This document shows positions 17,922 through 27,626 of a DNA stretch of 64,000 nt, piece after piece. Source of the DNA: Myxococcota bacterium. Lineage in GTDB: Bacteria; Myxococcota; UBA4151. The stretch covers positions 160,001-224,000 of the forward strand of contig JAYZBQ010000048.1 in NCBI GenBank assembly GCA_036338695.1, given 5' to 3'. How positions within the stretch are numbered: the first letter of the stretch is position 1; every line of letters starts with the position of its first letter. The position numbers and the translations under genes are program-made. The notes under the pieces are model-generated. The model saw nothing but the letters and a program-made list of their open reading frames with translations, did no database searches and was not told the origin of the DNA.

Positions 17922-18248
17922 ATGCTGCACCTACCGCTCGTCCATCTACTCCTGCGCATCCCGCCACTGGTTCACCTGCTGTGGATCCACCCTCCGAGCG
18001 TCTGGCCGCTCGAATCGCTGGTGCTCATCTACCTCCAGATCAGCGCCACCACCGCCGGGCTCGTCTGGCGGTCAAACCCGTCCACACTGAGCGCCTGGCG
18101 GCAGCTCGAGGGGATGCACTGCTGCGGTTGGTTGATCGCCACGCTCTGGGGCTCCCTGGCGCTGCCACATGGTGGCGTCCTGTCGGCGCTGACGAGTCTG
18201 ATTGCCGCTTGTCTGATCCCCTCAACGCAGGGCACGAGACGGTCATGA
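17922..18248 (+). CDS. Small hypothetical membrane protein
   Basis: Hydrophobic ORF filling the gap; its TGA overlaps the next ATG (ATGA at 18245). Confidence 0.45.
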   Translation: MLHLPLVHLLLRIPPLVHLLWIHPPSVWPLESLVLIYLQISATTAGLVWRSNPSTLSAWRQLEGMHCCGWLIATLWGSLALPHGGVLSALTSLIAACLIPSTQGTRRS

Positions 18249-19237
18249 TACCCACCGCGCTCTGGATCGCCGCCTGGACCTGCTCCGCTTTTGAGCCGCC
18301 TGAGCTGGTCGGTCGTTTTCATGACCTGGCGATTGACGAAGCCTCCGGTCTGACTTTTCAAGCCTCGGGTGCTGGCTTTTGGACCCACAACGACTCAGGC
18401 GACGCAGCGCACCTCTATGCGCTCGACCTCGAGGGTAAGCCGCTCGGCATGATCGAGCTCGAAGACACCCTCGCTATCGACTTTGAGGATCTCAGCGCAG
18501 GCCCGTGCGGCGACGAACGCTGCCTCTACGTTGGGGACATCGGAGACAACGCAGCGCGACGAGATGCGATCACGGTTTATCGCCTGATCGAGCCCGAACC
18601 ACCCGGGCCGGGTCAGACCCTGACCCAACGTCCTGAGCGGCTGATCCTAAGCTATCCGGATGGACCCACCGACGCTGAGGGGCTGGCGGTCGATCCTCGA
18701 ACGGGAGATGTCCTGATCATCTCAAAAAACCGCGACGAACCCACGAGCGCGGTCTATCGCCTCGCAGCGAGCGCTTGGGAGCGATCAGCGCCTGTTGTGC
18801 TTGAACGGCTGGGTCAGATCGCCTGGCAAGGTGAGGGGCTCGCCGCCCAAGCGACGGCCGCCGAGATCGACCCAACCGGTACACACCTCTTCGTCCAAAC
18901 CTACACCCAAGGGCAGCGCATCAAGCTCGAGCGAACACAGGGCGTCATCGACCGTCTCGGCGATCGGGAACCCTTTACGCCGTGGAGCCTTGGTCAATGC
19001 GAGGCCATGACCATCAGCCTCGATGGCGCTGCGCTTTGGTTCACCTGCGAGTCATCACCTGCTCCCCTTGCGCGCGCTCGGTGCCTCAGCCAACCCAGCC
19101 CACCGACGACCCAGCCCACCCCACCGGAAGGGTGTTCGAGCTGCCACCAATTTGCCGCTTCGATCTGGGGCGCTCTTGCCATCATCGCTTTGCGGCGGCG
19201 CTCAAAGGGCGTACAAGGCAGGCGGAGGTCGATTTGA
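18245..19237 (+). CDS. Secreted beta-propeller-like protein with MYXO-CTERM-like tail
   Basis: EASGL, WTHNDSG, DFEDL, LYVGDIGDN, YPDGPTDAEGL; Pro/Thr linker then GCSSC-hydrophobic-LRRR; true start 18245 rather than 17774. Confidence 0.8.
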   Translation: MIPTALWIAAWTCSAFEPPELVGRFHDLAIDEASGLTFQASGAGFWTHNDSGDAAHLYALDLEGKPLGMIELEDTLAIDFEDLSAGPCGDERCLYVGDIGDNAARRDAITVYRLIEPEPPGPGQTLTQRPERLILSYPDGPTDAEGLAVDPRTGDVLIISKNRDEPTSAVYRLAASAWERSAPVVLERLGQIAWQGEGLAAQATAAEIDPTGTHLFVQTYTQGQRIKLERTQGVIDRLGDREPFTPWSLGQCEAMTISLDGAALWFTCESSPAPLARARCLSQPSPPTTQPTPPEGCSSCHQFAASIWGALAIIALRRRSKGVQGRRRSI

Positions 19238-21150
19238 GCGTTCGATGGTCGGGACTCAACACCCGCTTCTCGCCAGGCGAAATTCTCGTCTTGCCCAAGC
19301 TCGAGGCGACCCCCAAAGAAGAGACCATCCGCATCTTGATCGCGGATGACGACCCGATGATTCCGGACATGCTGAGCGAGCGACTCCGGCTCAGCATCGG
19401 CGAAGACCGGGTCACCCTGCTCACGACCAACAGCGCCGAGAAGGCGCTTGCGCTCTTGTTTGAGCAGCCCGTCGACCTGCTCCTGACCGACTACGATTTT
19501 AGCCAAGGCGGCCGCGCCGAGGGGATGAACGGGCTCGCGCTCTTGCGCGCCATCGAGCAGCACCGCATCGTGGTCACGACCATCTTCATGACCGGTTTCG
19601 GCGACGAAGAGGTCGCGAAAAATGCGATCCTTGAAGGCGCCTCAGACTACCTGACCAAACCCGTCCTCAAAGGGCTCACACAGGTGGTCGAGCGCTGCAT
19701 CGAGCGCCACCAAGACAAGCTGCAGGTCGCCGCGCTGCGCAACGCCGCAACCTTGCTTGAGATCTCCGAGGCCCTGAACCAGCCGGGCGGACAAGGGCGT
19801 GGCGCTGAGCTGATTTTGGAGGCGAGCCTCAAAGCGATCGATTGCGACCTCGCCTGGGTGCGTATGACCAGCCCGATCGAAGGCGTCCCAGAGCTGCGGC
19901 GGGTCCTGACGAAGTCGAACGAAACGCCTCTGCCGGATGCGGGCGGCGAGCTGGCGGACGACCCGGCTGCGCGCTTCGCAACAGCCGACGAGATCGCCGC
20001 TCGATTTGGCGACCGCTCGCCGACGCGCCTGTGGATACGACCGCTGGTCATGCAGCGCTCTGAGCAAGGCGAGCAGAAGGTGATCGGTGAGCTCTGCGTC
20101 GCCTATTTTGAGCGCGGTCATCGCTTCCACCCGGGTCGTCAGCAGACGCTTGAGGTCTTGGCGCACCATACCGAAGGCCTGCTCACACAGCGCTTTCTAC
20201 GCCATGATCTTGAGCGGAGCTTCAGCCAAACGATCCAAGTGCTCGTCCAGGCGCTCGAGATGCATGACGAATACACCGCAGGCCACAGCGACTGGGTCGG
20301 GGTCTATGCTCGACTCGGCGGCCTGGCGCTCGGCTGGGATCGACGTGCGGTCGCACGCGCCGGGCACGCTGGGTTGCTTCATGACATCGGCAAGGTCCGG
20401 CTCGACTCGTCGATGATCAATCACCCCGGCAAACTGACCGATGAGCAGTTTGAACATTTTCGTGCCCACCCGGTCGTCGGCGCCGAGATGCTCAAACCCT
20501 TGACCAGCATGGAGGATATTCTGCCGGCCGTCTGCTGGCACCATGAGCGCTTTGAGGGTGGCGGCTACCCATCGGGCGTGGCGGCGTCGCTGCTGCCCCC
20601 CTTAGCCCGTCTCATGTGCATCGCCGACTCGTACGATGCGATGACCAGCCACCGAGCGTACCGCCGAGCTCGAAGCCACCACGAAGCGATCGCCGAGCTG
20701 CGCCAGTGCGCAGGGACCCAGTTTGACCCCGAGATGGTCGAGCCCTTTATCCTAGCGACCGCCGCCTTTCGAAGGATGCTCGGCGCCTGGGCGAGCGCCC
20801 TCATCCGTGAGCGCAAGATGATCGCACCTCAGGCGCTGGAGTCAGCGCTCGCCGGGCTCTTTGATACCCCCTTCAGCGATCACGAGCTCGGGCTCGACGT
20901 CTCGCAGCCTGTAGGAACCCACGAGGGATCGGTCGAGACGTCGCTCCCCTTCGACCTCGAAGACCTCGCGCAGGTGTTCTTTAGCTTGGAGTCGAGCCTT
21001 GAGCAGGCAGCGGCGCTTTTCCTCGCATCGAGCGGCGACGCGCCGAGCGCAACCGAGCTGATCCAACGCCTCGAAGAAGGCGCCCAACGCAGCGACCAAC
21101 GCATCGAGCGATTGATCGCCGAGGTCTACTCGGAGCATCGCCCTGAGTAG
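19234..21150 (+). CDS. Response regulator with GAF-like and HD-GYP phosphodiesterase domains
   Basis: ILIADDD, LLLTDY, FMTG, YLTKP receiver; YTAGHS, LHDIGK, HHERFEGGGYP, IADSYDAMTS; TTG 19234 with GGAGG and TTGA overlap. Confidence 0.92.
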   Translation: MSVRWSGLNTRFSPGEILVLPKLEATPKEETIRILIADDDPMIPDMLSERLRLSIGEDRVTLLTTNSAEKALALLFEQPVDLLLTDYDFSQGGRAEGMNGLALLRAIEQHRIVVTTIFMTGFGDEEVAKNAILEGASDYLTKPVLKGLTQVVERCIERHQDKLQVAALRNAATLLEISEALNQPGGQGRGAELILEASLKAIDCDLAWVRMTSPIEGVPELRRVLTKSNETPLPDAGGELADDPAARFATADEIAARFGDRSPTRLWIRPLVMQRSEQGEQKVIGELCVAYFERGHRFHPGRQQTLEVLAHHTEGLLTQRFLRHDLERSFSQTIQVLVQALEMHDEYTAGHSDWVGVYARLGGLALGWDRRAVARAGHAGLLHDIGKVRLDSSMINHPGKLTDEQFEHFRAHPVVGAEMLKPLTSMEDILPAVCWHHERFEGGGYPSGVAASLLPPLARLMCIADSYDAMTSHRAYRRARSHHEAIAELRQCAGTQFDPEMVEPFILATAAFRRMLGAWASALIRERKMIAPQALESALAGLFDTPFSDHELGLDVSQPVGTHEGSVETSLPFDLEDLAQVFFSLESSLEQAAALFLASSGDAPSATELIQRLEEGAQRSDQRIERLIAEVYSEHRPE

Positions 21151-21253
21151 CAGCGCGAGCGACCGCCTCATCCTCCTGGATGCGTATCAACGCGCCGCGC
21201 GCCTCGGCTGTGAGACGCAGTGGTACGCCGACCTCCTACAGAGCGATCCGCTC

Positions 21254-21877
21254 ATGGAGGTCCTTACCCCCGCACAGAGCTGGCCCCACGCTGCGCTCAC
21301 GCTCGTTGGGAGCGAACTCCTGGCTGCGTTTCGTCCCTACCCGCGCGATCTGGCGACCCAGTTGTTGCCACCTGGCGCCAACGACCGTGACCTTGAGGTC
21401 GCCGCTGAGCATCTGATCGCAGCGCACCCAGAGCTACTCGCTGAGCGGCTCGAGCAGGAGCGCCGGTACGGCATTGATTTTGCGCCAGAGGGGCATGCTC
21501 ATCTGTCAGGGCAAGCGCTCGACCGCAGCGGCTTGGCGTCCTGTCTCAGGACCCTCTGGGTGAGCAGAAAAGCGCCGGAGACCTTGATCGGCTTTGCGTC
21601 GCTAGCGGACGCACAAGCTGGTCAGGTTTCGAGCGATTGGATCCTCATCCATGACCCACACGCGCCGGACCGGCTTCCGCGGTCGCTGACCTGCCCGCAC
21701 ACGCAGCGCACCCTCTCGCTCGCCGGTTCCGATCGAACGCAGCTGATCGATCGAACGCGCCCGCCCCTGTATCAGCTCTGGTCGTGGCTGGAGCCCTGCG
21801 TCGAGGCAGGTGGAAAGGTCCTGATCGGCAACGACCGAGAGACACTGCTCAAGGCTTGGGCGAAGGCTTGGTTTTAG
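21254..21877 (+). CDS. Hypothetical protein (may start at CTG 21143)
   Basis: Host-like codon usage; frame open from 21116. Confidence 0.65.
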   Translation: MEVLTPAQSWPHAALTLVGSELLAAFRPYPRDLATQLLPPGANDRDLEVAAEHLIAAHPELLAERLEQERRYGIDFAPEGHAHLSGQALDRSGLASCLRTLWVSRKAPETLIGFASLADAQAGQVSSDWILIHDPHAPDRLPRSLTCPHTQRTLSLAGSDRTQLIDRTRPPLYQLWSWLEPCVEAGGKVLIGNDRETLLKAWAKAWF

Positions 21878-23397
21878 CGGGCGGTCACCTCGGCCACCAC
21901 CCGGCGGATCACCGTCACGTCGATCGTGCCCGGATAGGTGAGTTCACCCTCGATCCGCTCTTTCATCGAACCTGCGAGCCGCTCCATCTCTTCAGGGCTC
22001 ACCTTGACGCGCCGGCCGCTGCGATCTTTCATCGCAAGCAGGACGCGCAGCTCTCGCCCGCCCCGCACGGTGTACGCGTTCTCGACCTTGTGCGGCTGAC
22101 GACCGATGCGCTCTAAATCGCGCACCAGGGTCTCGTGATGTTCACCGCCTTGCACGCGCGCCCCCGGGCGAGCACCCGAGATGGCGTCACCCGCAGCGAC
22201 CAGAAAAGGCTCAAGACCGATGGGTGGTTCATCGCCGTGGTGTGCGCCGATGCAGCTCGCTACTCGGTCGTCCTCGTCCTCGGCTCGCGCCACCTCAGCG
22301 CCGAGCACGGCGTGCCCCCCCTCGACCTCGTGCGTCATCGATTTGCCGATGTCGTGCATCAAGCCGCCGCGCCGAGCGACCTGAGGATCAAGGTCAAGCT
22401 CCCAGGCGAGCATCCCGGATAAAAATCCGACCTCTGCGGCATGCCGCCACTGGTTCTGGCGATACGAGTGACGGTAACGCAGTCGATCAAGCAATCGCCG
22501 GCGCTCACCGGTCACCGCGCCCGCGCCGAGCTCCTCGATCGACCGCTGTGAGCAGTCATAGGACTCCCGGCGCATCGCCTCACTGATCGTCTTTTTCAAA
22601 CCGAGGAAGACCTTTGCGTCCACCGGACCTCGCAGCATTTTGGTCAAAATTCTCTGGCTCGTCTCTTTCATCAACGGGTCGGCGCCGCGGATCGAGATCA
22701 TGTCCTCACGATCGGTCGTCTCGAGCGTCATCCCGAGCTCCGCCTCAAACGTCTCGCTCAGCGCCAACAAAGCCTCGCGACGCTCTGCGTCTTCGACCCG
22801 GATGGACGACCTGAGGCGGTCGACCGCGTGACTCTCGTTGTAACGCTGGACGCCCAGCGTGATCAGCTTACGGGCTTCATTCTCCACGTCGAGCTCGAGG
22901 CGAGTCCGCTGCTCGCGCTCCCGGCGAACCGAGCGGTCCTGCTCATGATCAACGAGGCGATGCGTCAGGCCGACGACGAACTCATCGGGCTCGACCTCGG
23001 TCATAGCGATCAGGCGCTCGGTCATCTCCTGGCGCGCCACATCGAGCCGCTTCGACGTACCGGAGCAGCGGTCTTGCAAGCTCTGAACGCGGCGGCGCTT
23101 GGCGTCGACGGCGCTCCGCGTCGCCTCGGTGTGCTGCACATCGACCGGGTCGAGGACAAGGTGCTCGAGCTCAGCGCGAAGGCGCTCAACCTGGCTCTGG
23201 CGTTGCTTCAGCTCTTTGCGCCGACGACGGAGACGAAATCGCCACTTACGCTGAATCCGCCGACGGAGCGCTCGCTCCGCCTCTTGGTACTCGCCGAGGG
23301 CTTCATCCCCCTCGTCAAAGGCCTCGCCCGAGCGCATCATCATCCCAAGCGCCAACCCGACACCCAGGGCGACCCCACCTGTCAGAAACAACACCAT
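21874..23397 (-). CDS. rny: Ribonuclease Y family protein with degenerate KH domain
   Basis: N-terminal TM, coiled coil, RLRYRHSYRQN, HAAEV, MHDIGK, AHHGD, DAISGARPGAR, YPGTIDVTVIR. Confidence 0.85.
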   Translation of the reverse strand: MVLFLTGGVALGVGLALGMMMRSGEAFDEGDEALGEYQEAERALRRRIQRKWRFRLRRRRKELKQRQSQVERLRAELEHLVLDPVDVQHTEATRSAVDAKRRRVQSLQDRCSGTSKRLDVARQEMTERLIAMTEVEPDEFVVGLTHRLVDHEQDRSVRREREQRTRLELDVENEARKLITLGVQRYNESHAVDRLRSSIRVEDAERREALLALSETFEAELGMTLETTDREDMISIRGADPLMKETSQRILTKMLRGPVDAKVFLGLKKTISEAMRRESYDCSQRSIEELGAGAVTGERRRLLDRLRYRHSYRQNQWRHAAEVGFLSGMLAWELDLDPQVARRGGLMHDIGKSMTHEVEGGHAVLGAEVARAEDEDDRVASCIGAHHGDEPPIGLEPFLVAAGDAISGARPGARVQGGEHHETLVRDLERIGRQPHKVENAYTVRGGRELRVLLAMKDRSGRRVKVSPEEMERLAGSMKERIEGELTYPGTIDVTVIRRVVAEVTAR

Positions 23398-26300
23398 CAG
23401 TCCTCATCGGTCAGTACCGGTGGTAAATCGTCGCTGAACTCGTCCTCCGGCGCAAGGGCCGTTTCGTCCTGTGCGTCGGCGGCTGCTTCAGCGGGTCCAG
23501 GCTCGGTGCGGTGCGTCTCGACCACCACAGGTGCTGGCGCAGTAGTTGCCTCGACCGCTGGCTCAGGCTCCGCGAGCACCTCGACGATCTCAGGCAGCAG
23601 CGTCAGATCGGCGGCTGCCGACCTCGGCGTTGGCTTGGGCAGTTTGGGTCGCGGTGTGGGCTGAGGTATTGCGGGCACTTGGTCAAGAATCTCGACGGAG
23701 CCGCTGCCCGCCTCATCGGCGTTGGCATCCGCTGCGCTCTCATCGCCTTGAAACACACCCATCTTCTCGAGCGTCTTGCGCATCTTAGACATCACTTGAT
23801 GCGCCTTACGCAGCCGCTCGTTGCTCTCCTTGAGGAGCCGCTCGCGGCGATGCCGCTCGGCGCTCAGTTGACGACGAAGCTCGCCCACCTCCTCGGGTTC
23901 GGCGACCGGCTGCGGGAGTTGACTGAGCTGGAGGTCACGCGTCGTCGACGCAAGCCGCTCCTCCACCTGCGAAAGCTGGTCACGCATGGCGCGATCCGCG
24001 CTCTGCGCGTCCTGTCTCGACGCCGCAAGCTCTTCTTTGAGCGCGGCGAGCTCGGCGACCTTTGAGCGCACTTTCACCTCGGCGGTCTCGAGCCGCTCGC
24101 GTAGGCGACTCACCTCGAGCTCATGCACCTCAGCCTGACGCTTGGCGAGACGCGCGGGTTCGGCGTGACTGCGCTGAAGCTCCTCGATGCGACGCTGCGC
24201 CTCGGCGAGCTCCTGCTCTTTACCGTTGAGTCGGCCGTGCATCTCGTCCAGACGACCTCGCACGTCGGTGACCAGCTGCTCGCGCGCCTGGCGGAACTGT
24301 TTGAACTGCGCCTCAAGCTGACCTCGGTCCTCTTGGTATTGCGCCATCGCCGAGCGCTGGTGACGCAGATCCTCCTCGGTGCTGCGGAGGTTGCTGCGAA
24401 GCTCTTTGATCAGGTCGGCCTGCTGCGCCTGCTCATCGCCACGCTTTTGGAGGTCATCGAGCAGCTCCGCGACCCGCTGCTGACCTTCTTCGGCTTGATG
24501 CTCGACCTCGCTCAGGGCCTGCTGTCGGGCGGCCAGCGCCACCTGCAGCTGACCGAGCTCGTCGCGATGCGCATCGCCTTGCCGCTGCAGCTCTTGATCG
24601 AGTTGACGCGCCCGCTCGGCGTCGACCTCAAGCGCCTGGATCCGCTCATGAGCGGCTCTCAAGCGTTCATCGAGACCTTCTGTGCGCGCCTCCTCGGCTG
24701 CCACTTTCTTGCGAAGATCGGCGACGGATTGGCGCTGCTCATCGGCCTGCGTCTGCGCCACCGTCGTCGCCTTCTCGGACTGACTCAGGCGCTCGTTCAG
24801 GTCGCTGCGCTGATGGCTCACTTCCGCAAGTTTACTCTCAAGCTCTTCCACGCGGCGACCAAGCGACTCGTTCTCCGCACGCGCTTGACCCAGCTCGTCG
24901 CGCGCCACTTGCGCCTGCTCACGGCTCGATGCGAGCTCACCTTCACGGCTCTCGATGGCGCTGCGTGCACGGTCAAGCTGTCCTTGAAGCCCACGATGGC
25001 GACCGTCGAGCTCAGCGAGCTGTTCGCGCTGCTGACGCGCCTCGTCGAGCTGAAGGTCATGTTTCGAGCGCAGGCTGTCGAGCTCATGCGTGACCTGATC
25101 TCGTTCGCTCTGCGCCGCGCGCAGGCTCTGCCGAAGGTCTTCGGATTCGACCTCGCGCCCCGCGAGCTCTTCTTCGAGCTCTCGGCGCTGGCTGCGCTGC
25201 TCTTCGAGCTCACCTTGCGAGCGTTGGTGCTCAGACTGGACAAAATTGAGCTGCTTCTCGAGATCGCTGATCTGGCTCTCGCTCTGCGCAAGCTCGGCGC
25301 GCAGCTCGATCAAGGCCTGCTCCTGCTCTCGCTGGTGTTCCTGCGCGCGCGCCAGCTCGTCGCCCTGACCGTCAAGCTGACCGCGTAAGCGCTCAACATC
25401 GGCTAGCAAGCTCTCGGCTTTGCCCTCCACCGAAGCGCAGCGCTCTTTCCAATCGTGAGCCTGAGCTTGAGTCTGCTCCAAGGCGGTCTCAAGCCCCGCG
25501 ACCGTGCTGCCGAGCTCGTTGATCGTCTCATCGCGCCCGCCCAGGTCTTCTTCGATGCTCTCAATGTGTCGCTGCCGCGCCTCAAGGTCGCTGCGGTATT
25601 CAGCGATCTGCTGGCGGTGCTCCTGCGCCTGGCGCTCGATCTGATCGACGGCTTGCTCTCGGCCTTCCGCGGCGCTGCGCAGGCGCCCCTTCAAGTCGGC
25701 CTCGAGCGCTTTCGCTGCGGCGTTGCGTTGAGCCGACTCGTCGAGCCGCTCGCGCAGCGTGTTCATCGCCGCCTCATGTGCCTGCTGGAGCTCCTCAATC
25801 TGACGGCGCAGGGCGCTGATCTCGTCGCGGCGCTCTTGCTCGCGCTGTTGATGATCAACGACGGCACGTTGCGCCGCATCCCGCTCGCGCTGGAGGGTCT
25901 CGTCTTGACCTTCGATGCGCGCCTCGGCGCTGGCAAGCTTTCGCGTCAAGAGCGCGATCTCCTCGCGCAGGCGCTCTTCACGAAGCTCGGCTTGGTTGCC
26001 GCGATCCTCGATCTCGGTCACCAGCTGCGCCACCTCTTGGCGCGCCTCACCAAGCTGCGCCGCCTGACGCTCAAGTTCGGTCTCCAAACGAGTTCGCGTC
26101 GCGATCAGCTCCTCGCGTCGCTCCGCCAGGCTCGCCTCGAGTGAGCTCCTCTGAGACTCGAGGCTCTCAACGTGAACCCGAGCTTCATCGTCTGCGGCGC
26201 GTCGCTCCCCCTGCTCGTGGCGGAGCTGCGCGTCGAGCTCGGCGATGCGCGCAGCGCGCTCTTCTTTGAGCGTCTGCCACTGCTCCTCAGCGGCCTCATG

Positions 26301-27512
26301 CGCCGTCTGCTGAGCCTGAATCTGCTCCTCAAGCTGCGCTCTCAAGGCGCTCGCCGCGCTGATCTGACTCGATCGATCCGCCATCTGATCTGCGAGGCTG
26401 TCGATCTTCGAGTTCAGATCGGCGATGGTCGCTTGGTGGGTGTTGAGTTGATCGCGCTGCTCGGCGATCTTTTTCTCCGCGTCGTCGAGGTGTCCTTTGA
26501 GCGCTTGCTCTGTCGCCTGTTGCTCTTCTTTGAGCGCCTGAGCTGCGCTGCGCTGCTCTTCGCGGGCTTGGCGCTGCTCGGAGATCAGCTGGCTGCGCGC
26601 CTCCTCGGCGAGCTCGAGCTCCCGGCTGAGCTGGGCGATCTCGGTGTCCCGGCGCTCACGCTCAATCCGCGCTCGATCGCGCGCCCTCTCAAGGTCACCG
26701 CTGACCTCTCGTAACCGCTCCTCAAGCTCAGCGCGCAGCGCGCCGCTCGCCTCAAGCTCGCTGCGCCCCTGCACCTCCACCGTCTCGAGCTCCTGCTTGA
26801 GCCGATCGTAGTCGTGACGGAGCCGCTCGAGATCGACGTCCTTTTGGCGAAGGCTTCCGTCCGCTTTGCGCAGCGCCGTCTCACGCTCACGCCATGCTCT
26901 TCGCATCTTTGCGAGCTCGTCTTCCTGACCTCGAAGTCGCTCACGCAGCAGCTCGACCCGGCGGTCTGAGTCGCCCACGAACAGTTCATCGTCGAGCTCC
27001 GCAGCGCTCGGCGCGGGGAGTTCGCTCAGGGACGCAGGCTCCGGCAGCTCAGCCTCGACCTCGACGGGATCATTCACCGCCTGATGTTGGGCGGGTGGAA
27101 CCGACTTATGGTCTGCGGGTCGCTGAGTCAGCTGCTCGATCGCAGCCTCCGTGAGTTCTTCAGGCTCTGGCCACGTCCTAAAATAAGCATCCACGCTTCC
27201 CTTTGCCTCCCGGTGTTTTTCGATCGCTTCATCCGTGAGCTGATCCACCAACAAAAAACAGCTGGGGCGGCGCTGCCCCAGCTCCTCAAGCAGCCGATTG
27301 CAGACCATCAACCCGCCTGGGCCGCGCCGATGCTGGCGGACCAAAACCAGGTCAAAGCCGCCGGCGACGAGGCGGTCAATCGGGTCCTCCTCCTCAAAGA
27401 AGTGGACCTCGATGCGACCGTCGCGCAGGCGGCTCGCCAACGCGTTCGCTTCGTGTTCATCGGACTCGACGATTGCGAGTTTCCAGCGTTCAGGTCGCAT
27501 GGCTTGGGTCAT
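23397..27512 (-). CDS. AglZ/FrzS-like pseudo-receiver + long coiled-coil protein
   Basis: REC-like N-terminus without acceptor Asp (DLVLVRQ), GLMVCNRL and EKHREAK..VDAY motifs, about 1050 aa of E/Q/R/L/A heptads, acidic Pro-rich tail. Confidence 0.8.
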   Translation of the reverse strand: MTQAMRPERWKLAIVESDEHEANALASRLRDGRIEVHFFEEEDPIDRLVAGGFDLVLVRQHRRGPGGLMVCNRLLEELGQRRPSCFLLVDQLTDEAIEKHREAKGSVDAYFRTWPEPEELTEAAIEQLTQRPADHKSVPPAQHQAVNDPVEVEAELPEPASLSELPAPSAAELDDELFVGDSDRRVELLRERLRGQEDELAKMRRAWRERETALRKADGSLRQKDVDLERLRHDYDRLKQELETVEVQGRSELEASGALRAELEERLREVSGDLERARDRARIERERRDTEIAQLSRELELAEEARSQLISEQRQAREEQRSAAQALKEEQQATEQALKGHLDDAEKKIAEQRDQLNTHQATIADLNSKIDSLADQMADRSSQISAASALRAQLEEQIQAQQTAHEAAEEQWQTLKEERAARIAELDAQLRHEQGERRAADDEARVHVESLESQRSSLEASLAERREELIATRTRLETELERQAAQLGEARQEVAQLVTEIEDRGNQAELREERLREEIALLTRKLASAEARIEGQDETLQRERDAAQRAVVDHQQREQERRDEISALRRQIEELQQAHEAAMNTLRERLDESAQRNAAAKALEADLKGRLRSAAEGREQAVDQIERQAQEHRQQIAEYRSDLEARQRHIESIEEDLGGRDETINELGSTVAGLETALEQTQAQAHDWKERCASVEGKAESLLADVERLRGQLDGQGDELARAQEHQREQEQALIELRAELAQSESQISDLEKQLNFVQSEHQRSQGELEEQRSQRRELEEELAGREVESEDLRQSLRAAQSERDQVTHELDSLRSKHDLQLDEARQQREQLAELDGRHRGLQGQLDRARSAIESREGELASSREQAQVARDELGQARAENESLGRRVEELESKLAEVSHQRSDLNERLSQSEKATTVAQTQADEQRQSVADLRKKVAAEEARTEGLDERLRAAHERIQALEVDAERARQLDQELQRQGDAHRDELGQLQVALAARQQALSEVEHQAEEGQQRVAELLDDLQKRGDEQAQQADLIKELRSNLRSTEEDLRHQRSAMAQYQEDRGQLEAQFKQFRQAREQLVTDVRGRLDEMHGRLNGKEQELAEAQRRIEELQRSHAEPARLAKRQAEVHELEVSRLRERLETAEVKVRSKVAELAALKEELAASRQDAQSADRAMRDQLSQVEERLASTTRDLQLSQLPQPVAEPEEVGELRRQLSAERHRRERLLKESNERLRKAHQVMSKMRKTLEKMGVFQGDESAADANADEAGSGSVEILDQVPAIPQPTPRPKLPKPTPRSAAADLTLLPEIVEVLAEPEPAVEATTAPAPVVVETHRTEPGPAEAAADAQDETALAPEDEFSDDLPPVLTDED

Positions 27513-27626
27513 CTTCTACTCTGCCTGATGCTGTCTTAACGCATACGCTATCGGTCGTCAGGTTTTCACACCTCTTTCGTGACCGGGTTTGCTTTGGTAC
27601 CCGGAGGTAAGAGGCGGAGGTCGAAC

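Noticed and set aside
17774..18244. N-terminal extensions in the ORF track (also starts 18982, 32544, 39585, 40187, 41207, 50618, 52314)
   Set aside because: Downstream starts have an RBS and/or stop-start overlap and match where family motifs begin
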